Source of the DNA: Phoronis australis | Lineage: Eukaryota; Animalia; Phoronida | Length of the DNA: 64,000 nucleotides | Assembly: GCA_002633005.1 (NCBI GenBank) | Contig: NMRA01000156.1 | Location: 743,385 to 807,384, forward strand | Reading direction: 5' to 3' | Translations under genes and position numbers: made by a program | Part shown: piece after piece, positions 12,901-24,900 of the stretch | Layout of the letters: every line of letters starts with the position of its first letter | How positions within the stretch are numbered: the stretch's first letter is position 1 | Notes under the pieces: generated by a model | Told to the model about the DNA's origin: nothing | What the model saw: the letters and a program-made list of their open reading frames with translations, nothing else | The model's database searches: none

Positions 12901-15900
12901 ACGATAACACATATGGTGCGACAGCTGATCAAACGGCAAATTAGTCGCTATAATTGAGTGCTCAAAAAGGCTTTCCATCGGCAATCTTACCGATAATTAG
13001 CATAGCATTAATGTGCAAAATGTTAACATTCTGGCCAATCACATGCGATCAACAGGGGCAAACAGAGCCAAACCACAAATCACGTCATTGGAATCTATAC
13101 TTCTTGCCATACGAGATACATCTGCAGTTTTGATTTGAGTGCACGTAATAAGAAGGCACATGTGACATCTTGACAAGTGTTCAGTTTTGATTTTTTTCAC
13201 TCGACAGATCAGACGTGTGTTCTGCCTTTTCATTAGAATGCTTTCGAATGCTGTATATAACGGCATTTCAAGGAGTCCGATATTCACAATTACCACAAAG
13301 AAGTACGAGAAACCAGAATATACTGAACATCAGCTGGAGGTAGTCCTCCATAAAACAATTTAATGAAAATGTTTAATTCAGAAAATTCGCAGGTGACGAG
13401 AATCTCAAAAACTTTTGATTCACAAATTGAATTCGCCATTATATTTTCAAACAAGGTGTTGACTCCAAACTACAAATGGTTCTGCATGTTTGGAACGTGC
13501 GAACAACCGTGTTTGCATGAGGCACTGTGTCCTCAACAACAATACACATTGAATGTTTTTGCAGTGCCACTAAAGTGTGCAAGTAGTGAATACTGTATTC
13601 GCCTAATAAGCGACCATGCCCGTATAAGCGCCCCCCCAACGCGTTTACAGACTTCACTAAAATAAACGCCAAGTCCATGAACATGTACACGCGAAAAATG
13701 CCTTACCTAGAGTTCTGAAATTCTACAGTAATGTCTTCAATTTATCACTAAGATCTGACAGTCCTTAAGAAAGTCATTGAGCGCGGAATTTGCAGACCAC
13801 GAGCCTCAGTCGCCAATATGTCAGTATTTAGCCGTGACTATACACTTCAAACTTCCGCCGTGCTTCAAAAAGAACGCAAAAGTTTTGCTGATCTTGCGAG
13901 GTACATGTCCCACAGTGGCCTGGCCAGTCGATCAGAACAGGCGCAGCGGACTTGTCAAAAGGATTGTTTTGTATCTTTCCTGTACAGACTTCTCTCAACA
14001 GTAATCCAAATTTCTTTGTATACGTGAAAACCGCGAATCGACATTATAATAAAAATTTGACCTTTGTTAAAAGCACGTGGCCAAGTAGCGCGCGCTACAT
14101 ACAAGTACCTGTCATTGGGAACTATCCATTCATGAAACAGGTAGCATAGCATCGGCAAGAGATAAATATTGGCACAAATTTCAGAAAGTTTCTGATACCG
14201 TAAAAACATTCTTGTTATTTTTAGGAGGAATCATTTAATTAATCACAATTGGTATTTTAAAAGTCACAATAACCCACTGATACTGAACACTTCTGCACCC
14301 CTAAACCCTCCCGAATCTCCCGGAAAACTGTTAGACTGTCACCCATCCTTTCACCAGGTGACTCACCGAAACAATTCTTGAACGTTCCTTTGCTGATGAG
14401 ATCAACAAATGCTAAATAAAACACGGTCCGCTTTACTGCTTGTTACAATGCACACCAAGCAGATTGTTACATTGCGTTTACTTTGGCAAGCATGCACTGG
14501 GTCGCTCACATACTATGCAGACGAACTTCAAAATAAACGTCACGTGACAACAACATGTGTGTTTGTCCAGAGATTTTTCCTGTGTTGCGGGGTACGATCT
14601 AGCGCAGATTTGGACTTAATATGCAGTTAATATCGACTCCAAAGAAACTTAAAAATCTCAGAGACTATTTTGAAAACTTAAGGAAGGCTTCAAGTAATTT
14701 GTTGAGTCAAAACTATTTTTGTTGAAGAATTCAAGTTGCTTTATCGACGATCGTGAGGCAGCGATGCATCAATCAGCGAGTTTTCGCACTGGGATTTTAG
14801 CACAATTTTCTGAAAAACGATCGTAATTTAACAACAAAGCTTGATAGCAATGCACCACAATTTTGTAAAAAACCTGTAACAGGTTACAGATACGTCACCG
14901 TGCGTATATTTGATGAATCCTAGCTTAAAGATTTCAGCCATTTCGGAGACCGGGTTTCAAGGGCTTAGGCTATAATAAGTGCCCCCCTCCTGAAACGAAT
15001 TTTTCTAAGTGCCCTGGGCAAACGAGGCCACGTCGAAAATTATCAACTTAACAATGATCCCCATCAATTTACGTTAAATTTTCTCCATCTAGACAGTGTT
15101 AACGAGATTAGAAACAAGAGCAACGCAGAGCGTTGAAATGCGCCCACAATTGCACCGCATACGGTATCCTTCTAGGGTTGTTTATTGGTACCATAAAGTG
15201 GCCAGTTGAGGGCATATATGTAGTATGTTGTACTTTGCAAAATGGAAAGGCATGGTCATTGTCTCCTCAATAGGCTAGGGGCAAAATGTGAGTGATCTTC
15301 ATAATACAAGCACATCCTATACACCAGTTGCTTAAAGCACCACAGAAACATAGAATTAAAAACAAATTTACCAACATACGAGATTAGCACAGCATTAGAA
15401 TACCAGAAACAAATTTCTACTTGGAACTTTTCCTTCATAGTCACGAAGTAACACAAAGTATACACCTGAAGACCTAAGAAAATACAGAGGTCAATGTAAA
15501 ATACTAAAATTGCCACTAGAGGCATACCGGTAGTCAGAATCATCCTAAAGTCGTCATCGTCCGTTGTCAACATCAAATAAATACACTTGTTAGTAAAGAT
15601 CCTGCAAACGGTTTGGGAGATACAGTCATGGGCACAAAAAAAAACTGCCACTAAGAGGCGCCACAGTAATCAAAGTCATGGGAAATTCAGCGTCAACCGT
15701 CCTCTTCATAGTAAGAACATACATGCCAATTTCCACAATCATACTTAGAGCAGTTTGATTGATGGAGGGGTGGACGCCAAAAAACAGACTCAAAAACAGT
15801 AAAAATGGCCACTGGGTGTCGCAAACTAGGTCGAATCCATCCGAAAACAGGAGGATGGCGTCATCGCACTAATAGGTGCCTACATACCACATTTCATGAA

Positions 15901-18900
15901 AATCTGTTAAGGACTTGTGAAGATACAGAGGTAAACCTAAAAAAATAAAATTGCCACTAGGGGGCACACTGGTAGGCGGATCCGTCCAAAAGTCGTCATC
16001 GTTTGTTGTTAACATAATATAAATACACTTATTAAATTTCGTAAAGATCCTGCGAACGGTTTAGAAGATACAGCCATAGGCGCAAAAAAAAACAAAACTG
16101 CCACTAGGAGGCGCCACAGTAGTCCAAATCGTCTGAAAATCCTTGTCAGCTGTCCTCTTTATAGTAAACACATACACGCCAATTTTCACAATCATCCTGT
16201 GAGCGGTTTAGTTGATAGAGGAGTGGACGCAAAAATACAGACTCGAAAACAGTAAAAATGGTCACTAGGTGGCGCAAACTATGTCGAATCCATCTGAAAA
16301 CGGGAGGATAGCGTCATCTCAATAATAGGTGCCTACATACCAAATTTCATGAAAATCCATTCAGGACTTTTGAAGATACAAAGGTAAGCGTAAAAAAATT
16401 AAAATTGCCACTATTGGGCACACCGGTACTCAAATCCGGTAGTCGGATCCGTCCGAAAGTTCGCACATGCCGTCCCATTCATGAATGGAACATATGTGCC
16501 AAATTTCATGAACGTATGTCAAAGTGTTTTGGAGATAGAGCAGCGGACGCCGGATGCCAGACGCCGGACGCCGCTCGGACGGACGCACGGACGGACGGAG
16601 ATGACGGCATAATGCGTCCACATATAAATATGTGGGCGCATGAAAATAGTGATAAGCCGTGGCAAGCAATGGCGGAGACACCAGTGACTTTGACATGAAG
16701 CAGTGTCCAACATTTATGACCTTGACTAGTATTGCACAACACTTCATAACCACTGGCAGACACCTAGGGCATTGACAAGCACTGACTGACACTAATAACT
16801 TGACAAGCACTGACTGCCACTTAACACATTGAAATTAGCAGACATTTATAATAACCTTGAGAAACACTGGCTCACAGCCTCTGAACTTGACAAGTATTAG
16901 CTGACATTGATGATGGTGACAAACATTTGGAATTCACATATAACAGACAGGCTTTGGAAAAACAAAACCCTTACACTTTAAATTGCCAGAAAGCAAGGAA
17001 ATTCAAAATCCTTTGAAACTAAGAGTCGATCCATTTCCAATAACTGGGATACTTAAACAAGAACAGTTCAGCAAGTTAATATGCCCACATTTGGAAGTAT
17101 TGCACACATAAACAAAAAGCAAAGACAGGAAGCCTATGTTTGGATGGAGATGACACCAAAAACATGCACCCACCTGAAATTTTGTTAAGCGTCGACCATA
17201 GGACTGGGTCAGATTTGTTTTCAGAATGTCCGATTGATTTTACTTTAGTTCTGACCAGACATTTGCCCGATTCAGTTTTGGGAATAGACAATGTAGACAG
17301 ATTTCGCTCCCTTTGCTTCAAATGTTTTTGTCGCAAACTTGATGATTCAAGGTAAAGAACCAATTAGTTCAGAAGTTGTTCATTTTCTTGGGCCAAAGTT
17401 CAGTTGCCATACTCCAATGGCAAATTTCATTCGGCCAATTTTCAAAATGTTCTCACAGATTTTGACACTTCAGAACAAATGTCTACACCTAGAAAAAATA
17501 GCAAAATCTTTGACCCACACAGGTGCATAAAAACAGTTAAAACCATTTCTAAATCAGAAATAATTTGTCAACTCACTTGGCGATCTTGTTCTGGTAGTCG
17601 TCTGTGCGTGACTTCATAGCTAGGTCCATTTCCTTCATCCCGCTATCATCCTTGCACAAGTGTGCCCCTTGCAGACGGTCACGGATCTCTGTTGCATTAC
17701 ATGGATCGGCAACATCCATGGCCGCTGCAGCTGCCTCCGGACCACAGGCAGCGCCCTCTTTCATGATTCGCCGTCGCTGAAGATCACCCTAGACGAAACC
17801 GGCAAATACTTTCGATGTTAAACTGTGCCTGGGACTTTCAAGATTATTCCAAGCTACAAAGCTGTGCCCAAGTAGCCCAGAGGTGGATGGTCTGGGTTCT
17901 CAACAGAAAGTTACAGCCAGTAATCTCTGATTGCTGCAGTCATAGTAGCTGCATCCTTGAGCGACGAACATTCAAGCTGCTGAGGGTCCACTTACAGTCA
18001 AAAGACAAGCATTTAATTGAGACCACTTATTGGCTTCAAATTGCCCTTTACTAAGATTCAAAATGATGTCAGAAAATGCATTTTCTAAAAAGAAAGTGGT
18101 TGCTGTGGAACTTTTCATTGGACAGCAGCAACCATCCAACATCGGCAAAACTTTGATGAAAAATTTCGGATTCTTTCCAAACGTTATCTTTAGTCAGCTT
18201 TCCCTCTAGGTGTCGCCAAAACTTTTGGAAAACTTTTTTTTGAAAACTACCCTTAGGAAGACCGATAGAACTGTGCATAGGCGTAGAAAGATTTTCTTTT
18301 GCAGAGGGGTGAAACACATGAGAGCACAAACCCATGATTAACACAATCAATTGGCATCTAAAATTTCTCGCTCCAACTTAAAAAAAAATTATGTCAAGGC
18401 CACCAAAACCCACTGCCTCCTGAAGACGCCCCATGCCTCAGTACAAAATGTGAACAAAATAAAAAGCTTATAATTTGACACAGTATGTGACGTACATAAC
18501 CTCTGACTTTGAGCGAACACAAAGCGGGGTGGCAAAATGATACAGGGGTAGTTCAAGGTCACTCACCAGAGGCGTACAGAGGATGTCTTCCACACCGAGA
18601 GAGAAACCTCGAATCTGCAGAAAGATGGTGAAGAGCCGAGCCAAGCATGTGAGAAGCTGGCCTGCCATTCTACCACCATAGACCTAGCGGGTAGACACAT
18701 ATTGGCAAGATTTATCAGACAGCAAACCATACACAAGTAGCCTTATTCAGGCCGCTAGCAAGCAGACAGCATCATGTAGACTGATATACAATCAGGTTTC
18801 AGACTAAATCGACAAGGGAAATTCATTTTTCCATCCAAAAAAGCGGCAAATACCTGCAGAAATTTACGACAACTGCGATTCCTGATGTCTTCTTCAGTAC

Positions 18901-21900
18901 TTTCAAGGTGGCGCTGTACACACCTAGCACTGTATGCACTGAGGAAGACATTGAAGGAAGGGCAGATGTCGAAAACTTATGCAGGTATTTACCACCTTTT
19001 TAAATACAGAAAATGAATTTCCTTGTGTCGATTGTTATTCACCATCCAGATGAAACTGTTTGAAGACATTTAGACTATACTGACTTCCTTATTTGAAAGT
19101 TTACAGTTATTAGACTGGACACTTATTACATTACTTTAATTCGCACTTTATACAAGAGCACCACAAAGTTTTGGTAAGCACCCACATCGTAATTGGTACG
19201 CTCTCAGAAGAAGTTTCATGCAATAAAATAATGCACAAGTTGGCCACAAGTGGTAGGTAGTCAAGGCAAACAACTGCCGGTGTCCCATAGAGTGACATGC
19301 CGAACACCCTTATGCCAAATTCCATTGTACAGCTTAGCGGCATGAAAGCACCCAGGTAAATCACTACAACTATAAGATTTCTTGCTGCGCCTAACGAATG
19401 ACAAGCATAATGAAATTGACTAAAGATGTTTACGTTGTGCTAACTGTCCTACCTCATAACAACAATGGACCAACCCATAGGGTGTCGAACCATAGTGCGC
19501 CTTGTCCAGGACCCCGCACAGCAGCTCCCCCTGCCGGATGATCACCTGACTCTCACCCATGTTCTCGCCTTGTAAGGGGCTGCCTCCATAAATGCAGGGC
19601 CTAGCCTCCGACTTTATCCAGCTCTGCGGGTTAGTCACATAACGTTATCAGGGCGCCACCAAGACGGTTTCCATGTGCACCAAACCATTGATTCAGGTAC
19701 CCAAGAGGTCAAGAACTGGGTACCTGGTTTGCATTGCATCCAAAGCTACACAAAGCTCGATGGAATTTGATAAAATTCACCGACTTTTGAAAACTTTCTT
19801 GGCATCTTGTCAAAAATGAAAATGACAAAAGAGGGAAGCCACTGAAAGTGGTTCTATTTCTGGTAATCCCTCACGCAATAGTGGGTCAATTAAAGAATTC
19901 TTATCAGCGCTTTCGACAACAGTTAATAAGCACAGCATTTGAAAGTTAAGACAGACATTTGTGAGATATGACGTTACAATGTTAGCCCGCACTTTTCAAT
20001 GGCACCACATAATCTTAAACCAAATGTTTGCATGTTACATCAAAACGAACCATGATCATTGATGAGGCTACAAAACTAACCTAAGCTATGTGTCCTAACG
20101 GGCTTCTATTCTCCAACAATGGCAAAATAATTCAAATGTCTCCAGATAAGGTTGAAAAATAGATAGTCAAATGCAAATGATGTCATCGTGTTTGTGGAAA
20201 AACTTAAAAACTTGTGAAAACTCGGTAAAAACACCCAAGGACTCAGCAAATCTGAACTTGGTCAAGTGACGAGTTACAAAATGTTAATGGCCAACAACTC
20301 ACCTTCCCAGGAACTTTTGCTTTTCCCTCCAGATTCAGCGCCGACTTGTGGCTTGGTATAAGATTGAGCAGAACAGTAGACACCACCTGAAATGAAAGAA
20401 AATTAGCGCTTCAAGCAAAGAGAACAGATCACTCAATGAGCACTAGCACCACGATCCATGATTCAATCTGCGAAAACAAATTCACAGTAGGGGGCACCAC
20501 AGTAGCCACATCAACCCAAAGATCAATGAAAAGCATGCAGTCCTCAATAGTAGCAGTACTCCTCACCATGAACACCTCTGCCAACTTTCATCGAAGGGTT
20601 TTGCAAATTTATACAAGGGCAGACAACAAAATAAGTGCACCAAGCAAAATTTCAATTTTTTAGTTAAGGCAAAAATCTTTCAGTTCGGGACAATGTAAAT
20701 TGTTTTTCTCTAGATCACTGCATGTCCCAAAATTTCAGAAACAAGCAGTATTGGCCATCCCAAATTCAAGAATTACGATCAACAACAAACAATAATTCAC
20801 CTTGACGTTATACAATGAGAACATTGCATTGCGTCGGCAACAATTTTTGATGATTTTAAGAAATGCCATAAATGCCATGTCTACTTTAAGATTCTGCTGA
20901 AATAAAACGTAGTGTCTGACATTGCAGAACTATGGATCAATGAATTTTGCTATTCAAAATTCTAAAGACGGTCCCAAGCTGGAGAATTTTCAACTTAATT
21001 CCAAGGTTATTTAATTCCAAGTTTATTTACAACTAAAGAGAATCTACATAAAACAATAAAGTACTGCTTACAGTAAATCTCACAAACTCCGGACACAATG
21101 TGACCAACAAATGAAATTTTATTCGATCATTTTTTCATTAACAAACAAAAGCTTTCATTTTAAAGATCTATCCCATGACTACCACAAGACAATGATTCTG
21201 AGAAACTGATGTCACGCTGCACAACATCAGAAGCATTCGAAAAATCAAAAATGACCCATTTAGGTAACTGTTTTTGTCTGAAATTGGTGAGCTTTTAATG
21301 TAACAATTTTTTTCTGCATTACCATTTCCTAACAGTGATTAAAACATTTGAATCTCGATGAAAATCACAATTAAATGACTCTTCAAAACGCAACATTTCC
21401 CTTTAAGCTCCTTTCATACTAACTTAACTCCGATACGAGCAGAGCATCGATGTAAACAGGAAGTTAATAATTGAATCATTCATACCACCTTCGGTAGTTA
21501 ACGACAATGAAGTAAACGGTAGGTGATGTTATCGATATAGTAGTAATTGCAAGGTAGCCTGATGCATAAGGTGTCATAGGTAGAATTTTTGTCCCGTACA
21601 TGCTAAGATTTTTTCTAACGTGACAATTTGAGATCATTTGCATGTGGGAATTGACATAAAACTTACTTCTCATTCGAGTAGTGTTCATTTGAGCAAAATA
21701 TTAGCAAAAATTTTAGTACGCCACTACCTTTTAATCTTTGATGACATAAGTGGTCCCTGGTGATAGCGTTGATGAGACTAAGGTTGACTGTTCATACCGC
21801 ACCACAGCATCATTTACAGTTTACTGTGAAGTTAACTGGCGCCATTAACTTTGATCCTATCATATTGACTGCAACTCCCCAAAATTTTGATGCGTCAACA

Positions 21901-24900
21901 TTGGTATGAAAGGGCCTTACAGTCATGTGGCCTTTATTGACAGGTATGTGTATTTAGTCTATTTAGTCAAGTTTCTACAACACTATTAAAAGATTTTAAC
22001 TTGGTAAAAGTACATATTTTCTGAAAATAGAAAGACAGTAGAATTTGATTTTTTGCCAAATGAATCTCTTATTAATTGGACCACATGGCCACGTCTCTTT
22101 AGTAAAACTAAGCAAATAAGGTTCATTGATAGCAAAACAACTGTACCAATAACATAGTAAAATTTTATTTCATAAAAATGTCAAGGTGAAATCTTAAAAC
22201 AAGAGCAACGCAGAGCGTTGAAATGCGCCCACGAAAACATCGCAAATGGTGTGCTTTTAGGGTTGTTTGTATCATAAAAATGGCCACAAAATGGCGCAAA
22301 ATCGTACAATCCATCCAAAAGCGGGAACATGCCATATTTCATAAAAATCTGTCAAAGAACTTCAGAGAAACAAAGGAAAGAAGAACAAAATGAATTTCCA
22401 CTCGTGGGCACAGCGTCCGTTCGATCCGCCTGAAAGTTGTTGTCTGTTATCGTCATATAAATTCACTTACTAAATTTAATAAAGATCCTACAGTGGGAAT
22501 TGGATATGCAGCTAAGGGAGAAAAACAAAACAAAACTACCACTAGGAGGCACCACAGTAATCAGCCGCCATCATCAAACGCCTTCTTCACACTGAAAACA
22601 TATACGCCAATTTTCAAAACCGTCCCTAGAACGGTTTGGTTGATAGAGGGGTGGACGCAAAAACAGTAAAAATGGCCACTAGGTGGTGCAAACTAAGTTG
22701 AATCCATCCCAAAACGGCAGAACATCATCACCTCACTAACAGGTTCCTATATACCAAATTTTACAAAAATCCGTTCACGACTTTTGAAGATACAAAGGTA
22801 AGTGTAAAAGACTAAAATTGCCACTAGGTGGCACACCGGTAATCGAATCCGGTCGAAAGTTTGCTCATGCTGTCCCATCCATGGAAGGAACACATGTGCA
22901 ACATTCCATGAACATACATCCAGGCGTTTTGGAGATAGAGCAGCAGACACTGGACGCCGAACACTGGATGGACGGACAGAGATGATGGCATAATGCGTCC
23001 ACATGAATATGTGGGCGCATAAAAAGCTATCTCTGTTTTCTAAAATGTTGTCTACTTTTTTGTTTTGTGCAACTTCAAATTTTTTTCACGAAAATCATTT
23101 ACAAGTCCAGTTTTTGGTGCGATGTTTTAAAAACAATCCAATTACTTCTGAAAGTGTTTTGGAAAACAGTGCATAAGGTATACTATCTGGAAGTGTTTTG
23201 GAAAACAGTGCATAAGGTATACTATCTGAAAGCATTTTGGAAAACAGTGCATAAGGTATACTATCTGAAAGTGTTTTGGAAAACAGTGCATAAGGTATAG
23301 TATCTGAAAGTTTCATACGAATCGGCCATTTCTGAGATATGATGTTCCTAAGTTAACCAAATTTGGACACTTTTTGAGGTCCTAAATAATCTTCAATTAA
23401 ACCCAAATTATGAAGTAGGAGATGAGTATTATTTTCAATAACTGTGCAAACTAGCTGGTCTCTAGTCTGTTCTACTCATTTGATGTCTCTCATTACGAGC
23501 ATGTACCCAAAAATAATCCTACAATGTAAATGCAGCCATTAGCCAACTACAATTCAGTCTTAATAATGTTGCGAGACACCCAGATGCTCAAACGAGATGA
23601 GTTAGTTTTCAGTTATTGCAGGACAACACCCCACTAATTGTTACCTAAGAACTGTACACGCCAGCTATCCATCAATCACCATGCTATTAGCATAAAGTGG
23701 GCGTCAACAAACGTGCAATCCACTGAGGATATATAAAGATCACAGGAGACATCTACCCTAGTCTTAACGGAAAAACCACTGCCAATAAGACTAAAACTAA
23801 AATCATGGACAATTTTAGTATCATCAGTGAAAATAGTCTGGAATTAGCTGGCACACATAGGAACTCTACAATACTGAAGACGGCATGCCTGTGTATTGAA
23901 GCAGTGTGGACGCTCGTTGTCGACATGTACATCGCTGCACTCATAGCCTTCACGCCTCAGCTGCGAACTCGGGGCTACGTGCTCTTGCTTTTCTACCTTC
24001 TGATGGATGTTTTGTCTAGCCTGATGATGGCACTGCCAGCAGTACTGACAGAAGTAGGTAATATAGTCATCACCCCTGGTACCATGAGCTGTCAAATACT
24101 GGCCAACGCAAGATTCTATTTAGGGTGTACATCACTGTGCCTCCTGGCTGCTATATCTTTTGAAAAGTATTGGAAGATCAGTCGCAATACACATGGTGAC
24201 ATCTTCAGTCACAAGATGACAATAGTGGTAACAACGGCTTCCTTAGTACTGCCATTAATAATTTGCGTACCAGCGGGAAATCTACTTAAATCACGACTGG
24301 ATGTCCTAGGCGTGTGCTCATTGAATAGTTCACCACAGGCTTCATATTTCTTTGTGACGGCTTCGATCTCATTTTTCATTCTGACACTGACAATAATCGC
24401 GAGTCACTTCAGAATCTTCCACCTAACACTGTCCCACTATCACAATCTGCTACGGCTGCGAGCAAATCGAACTACCAGGCTTAGATCACTGTCTGAACAG
24501 CTGTCTCGTGAAACTTCCCTCGATAACAAGAATTCACATCCAAGTCAACTAAAACATAACCAAAGGACAAACTCCTCTACCACAGGTGACTGCGACACCC
24601 ATCAGAAACGAAACTCTCATGCAACGAAATTCTTTGGCAGTGACAACTTCCAGCAATGGTTAATTCACAGAGCTAGATGCCCAATAACCGGTATCTTTCA
24701 CAGAAGGCGCACTAGGTTGGGAAAGATCTGTCGCAGCCTTTGCGTCTGCTTCTCCATTCCGCTAATGTTTATTTTCACTATGTTCCCGGCGGTAATATGG
24801 TACTGTGGTTACCAAGACAACAGCGACTTCGAACTTGCATCGATGATACTGTTGATGACGCAGATGGCTCTGAACCCAGTATTGCATGTGGTGAACAACA

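Noticed and set aside
17290-17320. Minus-strand 'AKGAKS' as the missing POLR1A GAKGS motif
   Set aside because: Flanking residues do not match the conserved QSGAKGS context, and there are no suitable splice sites.
19700-19740. Hairpin CAGGTACCCA...TGGGTACCTG near an intron 3' end, as a possible snoRNA or miRNA
   Set aside because: No convincing C/D or H/ACA boxes or extended stem seen.
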